NCBI GenBank assembly: GCA_016713435.1
Contig: JADJPD010000010.1
Location: 167,040 to 231,039, forward strand
Direction: 5' to 3'
DNA from: Gemmatimonadota bacterium
GTDB taxonomy: Bacteria; Gemmatimonadota; Gemmatimonadetes; Gemmatimonadales; GWC2-71-9
Length of the DNA: 64,000 nt
The position numbers and the translations under genes were made by a program. Each line of letters begins with the position of its first letter. Within the stretch, counting starts at the first letter, position 1. Positions 19,580 through 28,749 of the stretch are shown one piece after another. Under the pieces are notes generated by a model, which did no database searches, was not told the DNA's origin, and saw nothing but the letters and a program-made list of their open reading frames with translations.

Positions 19580-20492
19580 TGGTCCGAGCGACAACGAAGG
19601 CGGTGATGGAACGCCTGCTCGCTCAGGCCGGGCCCGCCGCCCTCTCGCGGCGGGCCTTCCGTCGCCGGGGGCTGGTGCTCGCCTACCACAACATCCTCCC
19701 CGCCGGCCAGGCCGCCCCCGCCGACCACTCGCTGCACCTGGCCGAGGCCACCTTCCGCGCCCAGCTCGACCTGCTGGAGCAGCACGCCCACATCGTCCCG
19801 CTCGCCGACTTGCTCGCCGGCAAGCTCATCGGCGAGGGCCCGTACGTGGCCCTCACCTTCGACGATGCCTATCGCGGCGCCGTCACGGTGGGCCTCCGCG
19901 AGCTGGCGCACCGCGGCCACCCCGCCACGCTCTTCGTGACGCCGGGCTGCCCCGGCGGCGGCGCCTTCTGGTGGGACCGCATCAGCGACGGGAAGACCGG
20001 CGGCCTCCCGCCGCCTTCCGCGCCCGCGCGCTCACCGAGGGCCGCGGTCGCGGCATCGACGTGCTCGGCCTCGCCGCGCAGGCCGGCCTCTCGGTGCTCG
20101 ACGTCCCGGCCCACGCGCTCCCCGCCAGCCTCGAGGAGCTGACCCAGGCCGCCCAGGCCCCGGGCCTGGTGCTCGCCGCCCACACCTGGACCCATCCCAA
20201 CCTCGCCGCGCTGCACGGCGCCGAGTTCGAGGAGGAGCTGCTGCGCCCCCTCACCTGGCTGCACCAGCGCTTCGACCGGGTGATGCCATGGATTGCCTAT
20301 CCCTACGGCCTCACCTCCCCCGAGGGCGAGGCCGCCGTGGAGCGGGCGGGCTACGAGGCCGGCTTCCTGGTGGCTGGCGGCTGGCTCCCCGAGGGCGGCT
20401 GGCCGCGGCTCCGCATCCCGCGCCTCAACATCCCCGCCGGCCTCAGCGAGGCGGGCTTCATCGTCCGGATCGCCGGCCTCATGGGCGCATGA
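19576..20492 (+). pseudogene. Polysaccharide deacetylase family protein; frame break ~20000-20012
   Basis: ORF 19576..20142 (LVLAYHNI..., VALTFDDAYRG..., PATLFV) -> ORF 19971..20492 (...AAHTWTHPNLA..., IAYPYGL...). ATGA overlap with the upstream gene. Confidence 0.75.
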
Positions 20493-21679
20493 CGCGGACG
20501 GTCCTCGTCACCGACGGCGAGCAGCGCGCCGCGCTGGCCGTCACCCGGAGCCTGGGCCTGGCCGGCCACCGCGTGCTCGTGGCCTCGGCCAAGGCGGCGC
20601 CGCTCGCCGGGGGCTCGCGCGCCGCCGCGGGGGAGTTCCAGGTCCCCGACCCGCTCCACGATCCCGCCGCCTTCGCGGCCCGCGTCGGGGCGCTGGTGCA
20701 GCAGGAAGGCATCGAGGCCGTGCTCCCCGTCGCCGAGCCGTCGGTGCTGGCGCTGCTCGAGTACCGCGACTGCCTGGGCACGGCGCGCTTCCCCTATCCC
20801 GACCTGGCCCGCTTCCGCGCCATCTCGGACAAGGCCGCGCTCCTCGCGGCGGCGCCCGCGCTCGGCATCGCGGTGCCCGCCCAGGTGCGCGTGGAGACGA
20901 AGGCGGACGCCGCCGCGCTCGACGCCGCCACGCTCCGCTTCCCCCTGGTGCTCAAGCCCGCCCGCTCCGTGAGTGGAGCCGACGGGGCCCGCGGCAAGTT
21001 CGGCGTGAGCCACGCGGCCACGGCCGCCGAGCTCGAGCGCCACTTGGCCGAGTATCCGGAGGCCGCCTATCCGGTGCTGCTGCAGCAGCGGGTGGTGGGG
21101 CCGGGCGTGGGGATCTTCCTGCTGGTGTGGGACGGCGAGACGCGCGCGGTGTTTGCCCACCAGCGCCTCCGGGAGAAGCCGCCGGCCGGCGGCGTGAGCG
21201 TCTACCGCGAGAGCATCCCCGCGGAGCCCACGCTCGTGGCGCGCTCGCGGGCGCTGCTGGACCGGTTTGAGTGGCAGGGCGTGGCCATGATCGAGTACAA
21301 GGTGGACGCCGCCACCGGCACGCCCTACCTCATGGAGATCAACGGCCGCTTCTGGGGCTCGCTCCAGCTGGCGGTGGACGCCGGGGTGGACTTCCCGCGG
21401 CTCCTGCTCGACGCCATGTTCGGCGCGCCGGCGGCGCCGCCCCCGGCGTACCGGCCCGGCGTCCGCAGCCGCTGGTGGTGGGGCGACGTGGACCACCTGC
21501 TGGCCCGCGTCCGGAAGAGCGACGCCCAGCTGGCCCTGCCGCCCGGCTCCCCCAGCCGGCTCCACTCGTTGCTCGACTTCCTCGTCCTCTGGCGCCCCGG
21601 CGACCGGAACGAGATCCTTCGGCTGGCAGACCCCGGACCCTTCTGGCGGGAGACACGCGCGTGGCTTCGGAGGGAGTAG
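20489..21679 (+). CDS. ATP-grasp domain protein
   Basis: Frame of ORF 20288..21679. MTRTVLVTDGEQRAALAVTRSLG..., FPLVLKPARS..., VLLQQRVVGPGVGIFLL..., GVAMIEYKVD...PYLMEINGRFWGS. Confidence 0.8.
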   Translation: MTRTVLVTDGEQRAALAVTRSLGLAGHRVLVASAKAAPLAGGSRAAAGEFQVPDPLHDPAAFAARVGALVQQEGIEAVLPVAEPSVLALLEYRDCLGTARFPYPDLARFRAISDKAALLAAAPALGIAVPAQVRVETKADAAALDAATLRFPLVLKPARSVSGADGARGKFGVSHAATAAELERHLAEYPEAAYPVLLQQRVVGPGVGIFLLVWDGETRAVFAHQRLREKPPAGGVSVYRESIPAEPTLVARSRALLDRFEWQGVAMIEYKVDAATGTPYLMEINGRFWGSLQLAVDAGVDFPRLLLDAMFGAPAAPPPAYRPGVRSRWWWGDVDHLLARVRKSDAQLALPPGSPSRLHSLLDFLVLWRPGDRNEILRLADPGPFWRETRAWLRRE

Positions 21680-21702
21680 CTCGCGGCCCCGGCCGCCTGG
21701 GC

Positions 21703-22449
21703 GTGGTGCACGTCCACAGCGGCTGGAGCCATGACGGCAAGGACACGCTGGAGGCGCTGCACGACCTCTCGCGCGGCCGCGGCATCCGCTTCGTAGGGCT
21801 CACCGACCACGCCGAGGACTTCACCGAGGCGCGCTTCCGCGAGTATCAGGCGGCGTGCCAGAAGGCGTCGTCCGAGCACGTGCAGCTCATCGCCGGCCTC
21901 GAGTACCGCTTTGCCGGCCTCAAGGGCCTGCACCTCCTGGCGCTCGGCATGGCCGCCTGGATGAACCCGGCCACGCCGGCCGAGTTCATCGCGGAGGCGC
22001 GGCGCGTGGCGCGGTTCACCATCGCGGCGCATCCCATCCTGTACCGCCACGAACTGCCCGAGGTGGTGGAGCAGGGCATCGACGCCATCGAGATCTGGAA
22101 CGCCAGCTACAACACCCGCTGGCTCCCCGACCCCCGCGCCATCGAGCTGCTCAAGCGGGTGCAGGCGAAGCGTCCCGAGGTCACCGGCATCGCCGGCCTG
22201 GACCAGCACGACGCGAAGAACGACCGCGAGACCCGCGTCCTCCTCCTCAAGGCCGACGAGTCCCTCGATCCGCTCGCCGAGCTCAAGGCCGGCCGCTACG
22301 TGAACCTGGGCCGCACCATGGAACTCGGCGCCTCCGAGGCCATGAGCCCCACCGCCCTCGGCATGCTGCACCTGGTGCGCTGGGGGTTTGATGGCGTGGA
22401 GCGGACCCAGGACAAGCTGACGCGGCTCCTGCGCGGGGATCCGCGATGA
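21703..22449 (+). CDS. PHP (polymerase/histidinol-phosphatase-like) domain phosphoesterase
   Basis: Frame of ORF 21271..22449. VVHVHSGWSHDG..., VGLTDHAEDF..., AAHPILY..., IEIWNASY. Start codon (GTG 21703) uncertain. Confidence 0.65.
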   Translation: MVHVHSGWSHDGKDTLEALHDLSRGRGIRFVGLTDHAEDFTEARFREYQAACQKASSEHVQLIAGLEYRFAGLKGLHLLALGMAAWMNPATPAEFIAEARRVARFTIAAHPILYRHELPEVVEQGIDAIEIWNASYNTRWLPDPRAIELLKRVQAKRPEVTGIAGLDQHDAKNDRETRVLLLKADESLDPLAELKAGRYVNLGRTMELGASEAMSPTALGMLHLVRWGFDGVERTQDKLTRLLRGDPR

Positions 22450-23565
22450 GCCGCCGGCTCCGGGTGCTGCACGTCATCCAGAACCTCCACTACGGCGGCA
22501 TGGAGCGGCTCTTCGCCGACATCGTGCGGCTGCTCGATCCGGCGGAGTTCGAGTCGCACGTGATGGTGCTCGGCTTTTTGGGGCACTTCGGCGAGGGGCT
22601 CGATAAGTACGCCACCATCCACCACGCCGTGAAGATGTCGCGCCTTTCGATGGTGCGGCCGGCCGGGCTCGCGGCGCAGATCCGCGCCATCGCGCCGGAC
22701 GTGGTGCACACCCACCAGGGCTGCTGGTACAAGGTGTCGCTCGCGGCGCGGATGGCGGGGGTGCCGTGGATCGTGCATACGGAGCATGGGCGGCAGAAGC
22801 CGGACCCGTTCATTGCGCGGACGGTGGCGCGGCTGGCGTCGGGGCGCACCCACGTGGTGGCGAGCGTGTCGGGCGCGCTGGCGGAGCACCTGAAGACGGC
22901 GGTGGGCGTGGACGGGCGCGCGGATCCGGGTGCTCACCAACGGCGTGGACACCGAGCTCTACCAGCCGGGCGGCGATCCCTGTCCCATCCGGAAGGAACT
23001 CGGCATCGCCGACGACACCCCGATCATCGGCAGCATCGGCCGGCTGGAGCCCATCAAGGGCTATGACGTGGTGGTGGACGCGTGGCTCAAGCTCCGCGAG
23101 ACGTGGCAGCGCGGCCCGCTCCCGGTGCTGGTGGTGGCCGGCGACGGCTCCGCGCGCGCCGATCTCGACGCGCGCCTGGCCGCCGCCAACGCCGGCCCCG
23201 GCGTCCGCCTCCTCGGCTGGCGGAGCGACATGACGGCGCTGCACGCCGCCTTCTCCCTCTTCACCATGGGCTCCCGGAGCGAGGGCACCTCGGTCAGCCT
23301 GCTCGAGGCCATGAGCGCGGGGCTCTGCCCCGTTGTCACCAACGTGGGGGGGAACGCCGCGGTGCTGGGCCCCGCGCTGCAGCACCGCCTGGTGCCCCCC
23401 GTGAACCCCGACGCCCTGGCCGCCGCCTGGACCGACGCCCTGACCAACGACGCCCGCCGCGCCGCCGACGCCCGCGCCGCGCGGGAGCGGGTGCTGGCCG
23501 AGTTCAGCGTGGGGGCGATGGTGCGGGGGTACGCGGCCATATATAAGGAGTGCCCGGCGCGATAG
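22446..23565 (+). pseudogene. GT4-family (GT-B) glycosyltransferase; frame break ~22915-22925
   Basis: ORF 22446..23066 (RVLHVIQNLHYGGMERL...) -> ORF 22930..23565 (RIRVLTNGVDTELY...GRLEPIKGYD...SEGTSVSLLEAMSAGLCPV, E-x7-E). Confidence 0.8.
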
Positions 23566-23656
23566 CGCTGGAGAATCACAGCGTGTTCACCATTGGCCCC
23601 GCGGGCAGTGCGCCTGCGGGGCCGGCTCATTTTGGGGTAGTCCCGAAACCCGAGTG

Positions 23657-24036
23657 CCAACGTCGTGACGCGACCGCCCCAGGTGCTTCCCGGAGTCACC
23701 GCCGCGGTGACGCACCCGGCCGGGTCACTTCCCGGGTTTGCCGCCGTGGTGACGGGCTCGGCCGGAGCCCTTCTCGGGTCCACCGGCGCAGTGTCGAACT
23801 CTGCCCGGGCACTTTCCGGGTCTGCCGTCGTGGTGTCGAGGCTCGCCCGGAGCACTTTCCGGGTCTGCCGTCCTGGTGTCGGGCTCGTCCGGCGCACTTT
23901 TCAGGTCCGGGAACGTGGTGGAAATCTCGCCGGAGCACTTTCCAGGTCCGCCGGCGTGGTGTCGAGGTCGACCGGAGGACTGCTCGGTGCGGCCGACGTG
24001 GTGTCCGGGTCGGCCGTTGCGCACATCTGGTTCATC
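23657..24036. repeat. Degenerate tandem repeat array, ~9 units of 40-43 bp
   Basis: Units start at 23657, 23699, 23741, 23783, 23825, 23868, 23911, 23951, 23993. Consensus ~CCGnCGTGGTGTCGAGGCTCGnCCGGAGCACTTTCCGGGTCTG. Each unit has two mini-palindromes (CGAG-g-CTCG; CCGGA-gcactt-TCCGG). Confidence 0.85.
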
Positions 24037-24351
24037 GGAGGGGTGCGGGGCGGTGCCGAGGAGTCGCGTGCGCCCAGCGGGTGGTCAGGGGCGTGGGCAT
24101 TGCGGAGCGGGGAGACCCCGACCTGAGACTTCATGCACCCCAGTGACGTGCCGGCCGGGCGTCCCGCGGCCGTTCAGGGGTGGAACGTTTTCGGGTGTTT
24201 TCGGGTGGAGTCCGGCGCGCGTCAGAGCGAGAAAATCACTTTTCGTGCGAGTTAGGCAATGCAGTCCCACGCCAGGCGCGCGAATCCTAACATGTTGCCG
24301 GGCAAGTCGTTAGCGCATGTTTATGCACGTTTTGCCCTCGTGAGGCGGACG

Positions 24352-24367
24352 TGGTATGCCATTTGCG
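24352..24367 (+). promoter_or_regulatory. Candidate sigma-54 (-24/-12) promoter
   Basis: TGGTATGCCATTTGCG with correct spacing. Lies ~107 nt upstream of ATG 24474. Confidence 0.5.
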
Positions 24368-24473
24368 TCCTCCCCCTCCTGCCGGGATGCGGCGCGGAGC
24401 ACGCTCCCGGTGATCAGGGCATCGTCTGCAGGGGTGCATGCGTGCCTGACCCGCTCCGCGCACGGAGGTGTGT

Positions 24474-25172
24474 ATGGCGATTCGGTCTTCCGTGCTGCTG
24501 AAGGTGGTCCAGCTCATCCTGGACTTCTTCGCAGCGCACCCGGAGATGAGCCCCGGGCTCACCGCGGCGCTGGCCAAGCTGAGGACCCTCGGCGAGACCT
24601 TGCGCGGGCTCACCACCACCACGCAGGCGGGGACGGCCCGCAGCCAGAAGGGGGCGGAGCGGTTCCTCGACCAGCAGCAGCAGCTCAAGTTCATCTTCCT
24701 GCAGCCGCTCGCCTCCCTCGCCCGGAGCGCGTACCGGGGCTTCCCCAAGCGGATCGCGGAATTCCGGATCGGGAAGCTGACCGACGACTCGCGGGAGGGG
24801 TTCCTCACCCGGTGCGACGCCATCCAGCTGGCGCTGGTGGCCAACCTCGCCGATTTCCTGGCGCTCGGCATGGACCCGGCGGTGCCGGACCAGTTCGCCG
24901 TGGCGCTGGCGGAGCTGCGGGCGCTGCCCGCCGAGGTGAATGGCGGGCGTCTGGCCCGCAAGCAGGCTCGGGGCGACATCGACCGGACGGCCGACCAGCT
25001 CATGGCCGTCATCCACCAGCTCGACGGCCTGGTGCGGCTCAAGTACCGGGACGACGTGGCGACCCTCGCGGCGTGGCAGGTGGCGCGTCACATCCCGTGG
25101 GCCAACCGGGCCACGGCCCCTGACACCCCGGCGACCGGCGCGGCGCCGGCGGGCGGGACCCCGGCCACCTGA
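24474..25172 (+). CDS. Hypothetical protein (232 aa, predicted all-helical, Pro/Thr/Ala-rich tail)
   Basis: ORF 24468..25172. GGAGG lies 5 nt upstream of ATG 24474. High-GC3 codon usage; no motif I recognise. Confidence 0.6.
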   Translation: MAIRSSVLLKVVQLILDFFAAHPEMSPGLTAALAKLRTLGETLRGLTTTTQAGTARSQKGAERFLDQQQQLKFIFLQPLASLARSAYRGFPKRIAEFRIGKLTDDSREGFLTRCDAIQLALVANLADFLALGMDPAVPDQFAVALAELRALPAEVNGGRLARKQARGDIDRTADQLMAVIHQLDGLVRLKYRDDVATLAAWQVARHIPWANRATAPDTPATGAAPAGGTPAT

Positions 25173-25191
25173 GCCGTCCTGCGGTGCACGC

Positions 25192-25236
25192 ATCGCCCCC
25201 GCTCCCGGGTCCGGGAGCGGGGGCGATGGTGTTTAT
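25192..25236 (+). terminator. Rho-independent terminator
   Basis: ATCGCCCCCGCTCCCGG-gt-CCGGGAGCGGGGGCGAT: perfect 17-bp stem followed by ggTGTTTAT. Confidence 0.75.
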
Positions 25237-25302
25237 GGGGGCTGGGGCGGGGGCTGTCACAGGCCGCTGGTAGCGTGTGTCATGCGCCCCAAGGAGGCAG
25301 GC

Positions 25303-26118
25303 ATGCCCTGGTTTCGGACACTCGTCCCGGAAGCCCACTATCACCAGCCCCAGTACGCGGAGGCCCTGTGGCCGGCGCTGCCGGAGTGCGGGACGTGGCT
25401 CGACCTCGGCGCGGGCAGCCGCATTCACGGCGGCTGGCTCGGGCACGGGCCGGAGGCGCTGCGGCAGCGGGTGCGGACGCTCGTGGGCGTGGACCTGGTG
25501 GCGCCGCACCTGCGCCAGCACCCGCATCTCACCGGCGGCGCGCTGGCGGAGGGGGAGACGCTGCCGTTCCGGGACGGCAGCGTGGACCTCGTGTCGGCCA
25601 ACATGGTTCTGGAGCACCTGACGGCGCCCGCGAGCGTGTTCCGGGAGGTGGCGCGGGTGCTCCGGCCGGGTGGGGCCTTCGTGTTCGTGACGCCGAACCG
25701 CGCGCACCCCGTGATCCGACTGCTGGCCCTGCTGCTCCGCCCGGGCGCGCGGCGGCTGCTGGCGCGGGTGGTGGAGTCGGGCCGCGGGGCGGACCGGGTG
25801 TTCCTGACGCACTACCGCGCCAACCGGGTGCTCGACCTGCTGCAGCTGGGGTGGGAGACGGGGCTCAACGTGGAGCGGCTGGTGCCGTTCTCGAGCCTGC
25901 CGATGTTCCCGCGGCTGCCGCCGCTGCTGGCGCTCGAGGCGGCGTGGATCCGGTGGTTTGCGCGGCCGGGGGGGTGGTATCCGGAGGGAGGGTCGAACCT
26001 GCTGGGGGTGATGCGGCGGGCAGTGGAGACCCACTCCCCCGCGGGGAGCCGCCGGGACGGCCCTCCGCGGGAGTCTGGTGGACAGGGCTACTTCGCGCTC
26101 ACCCGCACGGCGCCGTAG
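25303..26118 (+). CDS. Class I SAM-dependent methyltransferase
   Basis: Frame of ORF 24940..26118. AAGGAGG lies 6 nt before ATG 25303. WLDLGAGSRIHGG (motif I), DGSVDLVSANMVLEHL, VLRPGGAFVFVTPN. Confidence 0.8.
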   Translation: MPWFRTLVPEAHYHQPQYAEALWPALPECGTWLDLGAGSRIHGGWLGHGPEALRQRVRTLVGVDLVAPHLRQHPHLTGGALAEGETLPFRDGSVDLVSANMVLEHLTAPASVFREVARVLRPGGAFVFVTPNRAHPVIRLLALLLRPGARRLLARVVESGRGADRVFLTHYRANRVLDLLQLGWETGLNVERLVPFSSLPMFPRLPPLLALEAAWIRWFARPGGWYPEGGSNLLGVMRRAVETHSPAGSRRDGPPRESGGQGYFALTRTAP

Positions 26119-27045
26119 CGAATGTACTGGGCCGTCTGGACCTTCCCGGTGCCACCGTAGGTGGGATTGAGCTGAACCGCCGTCCAGCGCTTGCCGGTCC
26201 GTGCGGCCCCGCTCCAGGTCAGGTTCGAACGCTGCATGCAGAGCGTGCCATTCACCCACATCTTGGCCACGCCGTTGGCACTGCCGCTCGAATTCTGGGT
26301 CAGGAGCACCTCGACCCGGTCCCAGCGATTCCTGGCCGCCGCAGCGCACCCCAGATTGAAGCTGATCACGCCGCCGTTCTTCGTGCTCATGTTCTGCAGG
26401 CGCAACTGATGGGAGAGCGAGCCCGTGCCCACCCCGTACAGAGACGGGACCGCCTGGGAGGCGCCCGACGCGGACGCATCCGACGTACCCCAGATGTGGA
26501 ACAGCTTCTGGACTCCGCTCGTCGAACCGTAGTAGTTGGCCGGAACCCAGACACAGTATCGCAGGTACAGCTGGGTGAACGTCCCCTGCTTCAGAAACCA
26601 CGACCCGCTGCTCCCCACCGCCATGTGTTCTGGGCCGCTGCCCTGCGTGAATCCTGCGGGACGGTCACTTGAAGCACGCTGGTGGAACCACACCCCGCAG
26701 TCGCATCAACGATCACCTTCCCCGTGTTGCTTAAGCCTGGTAGCGGTACCACCCACTGAAGGTCCCGCCGGTGGTCGGTGTGGCCAGGGAGAATCCAGTC
26801 CAGTCATTGCTGGTCAAAAGCTTCATGCCAGCGGGCTCAAGGTAGGTCATGGAGGAGAACAGAGACTCTTGGGGCAGCTGCTCTGCGGGCCCCAGCGTCC
26901 GGCCGGGATCCGAACACCCGGCGAGATTTGTGAGACCGAGTGCGAGCATCAGGGCCGTGAGAGAGCGGCTAGGAACGCGGAAGGAGGGGGAGACACCCAC
27001 GGGGAACTCCTGCGTCAGCGGTGGCTGCAGCCGACTTGGGTACAA
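26088..27045 (-). pseudogene. Lipoprotein with ConA-like (polysaccharide-lyase-like) domain, paralog 3; at least 2 frame breaks (~26655-26660, ~26730-26740)
   Basis: ORF 26731..27045 (...LTALMLALGLTNLAGCSD lipobox...) -> third frame (SNTGKVIVDATAGCGSTSVLQVTVP) -> ORF 26088..26693 (AGFTQGSGP...VPANYYGSTSGVQKLFHIW...WDRVEVLLTQNSSGSANGVAKMWVNG). The 3' end overlaps the methyltransferase by 31 nt. Confidence 0.6.
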
Positions 27046-27393
27046 TCGTGGTGATGTACCTTCGGGCGTGCGGCCACTTCCTAGGCAGGCTGGGTGCCTT
27101 TGCTCCTGCTCAGTTGTTGGGTGGTGTCACGGTCATCGACATGTTCGAGAATCGCGATGATTCACGCATGAAGCTGACGAACATCACCGGGCCGAGGTGA
27201 TGCACCGCGTGCCGACCGGCAGCAGGATGGGCCCGGCGTTAGGACCGCGCGCGGACGCCCTTCATGGAGGGAATGGAGCTGACAGGTGGCGCTGAATCGG
27301 GCGGCAGGAACGTGCGGCAAGACCTGCCGTAGCGGGGCGGCGGGAGGGACGGGGGTGCTGGTGGGCGTCGGCCGTTGTCCTACGCGCGTGCGG

Positions 27394-28143
27394 TCAGGAC
27401 GGGGTTGGCTCTGCGAGACTGGCGCGCTCGGCCAGCGGGAGCGGGGCCTGGTCGCTGATGTCGCGAATCACCCGCGCGGGGTTGCCCGCCACGAGGGTGT
27501 TGGCGGGCACGTCCTTGGTGACGACGCTTCCGGCGGCCACGATGGAGTTGGCCCCGACGCTGGCCCTCAGGATGAGGGCATTGGACCCGATCCAGACGTT
27601 GTCGCCGATGGTCACCTCGCGGGCGTCGTCGAGGGCGATCGAGTCGTGCGCGAGCCGACGTGCGGGGGAGACAGGGTGGCTCGGGTTGTCGAAGATCTGG
27701 GTGTTGCCGGCGATCATCACGTCATTGCCGATCGTGACCCGCCGAGCCACGCTGATGATCGTCTGGTAGTTGATGCTCGTGCGGTCGCCGATGAGGAGGG
27801 CGGGATCCGTGGAGATCTTGAGGCCGACGACCCAGGTGTTGCGCGTTCCGATGCGGACGTCGTCGCCAACCTCAATGCGGCCGTCACCGATGACCTGCGG
27901 GATCTGGCCCTCGAGCACCAGCCGGCGTCCGGCCCGGTCGCAGCGACTGCGAAAAACGGGATCGCGATAGCAGAAGGTAGCGAGCCCGTGAAGCAGACCC
28001 TCCACACCCCGCACGCTCGCCCCCACCACCGCCCAGAGTGGCCTGATTGCGGGCAGCCGGAGTTCGCGCAGGGCGCGCCGCACGGCGCGCATGCCGAGCA
28101 GGCCCCGGCCGAAGCGGGCCTCGTTGATCCAGTGCTTTATCAT
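27394..28143 (-). CDS. Hexapeptide-repeat (left-handed beta-helix) O-acetyltransferase
   Basis: In ORF 27394..28308; start at MIKHWINEARF (ATG 28143). Repeats IGDGRIEVGDDVRIG..., IGNDVMIAGNTQI..., IGDNVWIGSNALI..., VAGNPARVIR. Confidence 0.8.
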   Translation of the reverse strand: MIKHWINEARFGRGLLGMRAVRRALRELRLPAIRPLWAVVGASVRGVEGLLHGLATFCYRDPVFRSRCDRAGRRLVLEGQIPQVIGDGRIEVGDDVRIGTRNTWVVGLKISTDPALLIGDRTSINYQTIISVARRVTIGNDVMIAGNTQIFDNPSHPVSPARRLAHDSIALDDAREVTIGDNVWIGSNALILRASVGANSIVAAGSVVTKDVPANTLVAGNPARVIRDISDQAPLPLAERASLAEPTPS

Positions 28144-28748
28144 GCCGTATCCTCCGGGGCGCCAGGATGGGACGTACGACCGTGGCCAGGTTTGCCGGCG
28201 ATGATCACGTTCGCGGGGAATTCCCCGCTGCAGACCGCCCCGAAACCCACGACGCTGTTGCGCCCCACCCGGGTTCCAGGCAGCAGGCCGGCCTGGGCAG
28301 CCACCCACACGTTCTCCGCGAGCGAGATGGGGGCGACCTTCACTGGGGCCTCGGGGTTGTGCCGATCGGCGCCGGTGCTATGGAAGTTGGTGTCCATCAA
28401 CATGGCCTGGGCGAGGATGCCGTTGTCCCCGACCTGAATCGACTGGAAGCAACCGAAGCGAGTGCCGTTCAGGAAACAGTTGTTGCCGATCTCAATGCGG
28501 GCGTCAGGGTGGTGCGTGAAGGGGGTCACGAGCATGTCGATCCGCACGTCGTCCCCGAAGATCACTTCGCCGGGGCCGGACAGCTTGAGCTGGCCGAAGA
28601 TCCGGAAATTGCGGCCCGCGCGGACGCGGAAACCCCGCAGGCGGTACCACCGCACCGTAAGCCAGCCACGGGCGAGGGCGATGATCGCGGCAAGCGCGCT
28701 GGTGGGAGACTCCCGCAGGCGCGAGACGACCCTGGCGGCTGTGGCCAT
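28140..28748 (-). CDS. Hexapeptide-repeat acyltransferase
   Basis: In ORF 28140..28769; start MATAARVV (ATG 28748) preceded by AGGAGG. IFGDDVRIDM..., IGNNCFLNGTRF..., VGDNGILAQ..., ENVWVAAQAGLLPGTRVGRNSVVG. Confidence 0.75.
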   Translation of the reverse strand: MATAARVVSRLRESPTSALAAIIALARGWLTVRWYRLRGFRVRAGRNFRIFGQLKLSGPGEVIFGDDVRIDMLVTPFTHHPDARIEIGNNCFLNGTRFGCFQSIQVGDNGILAQAMLMDTNFHSTGADRHNPEAPVKVAPISLAENVWVAAQAGLLPGTRVGRNSVVGFGAVCSGEFPANVIIAGKPGHGRTSHPGAPEDTA

Positions 28749-28749
28749 G

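Noticed and set aside
23657-24036. CRISPR array
   Set aside because: The whole ~42-bp unit repeats head-to-tail with no unique spacers, the units are degenerate, and no cas genes are present in the window.
23550-24146. Repetitive protein encoded by the 42-bp array (ORFs 23550..24146+, 23665..24126+, 23725..24024-)
   Set aside because: Unit length varies between 40 and 43 nt, so the peptide repeat does not stay in frame. There is no ribosome-binding site, and all six frames are open simply because of composition.
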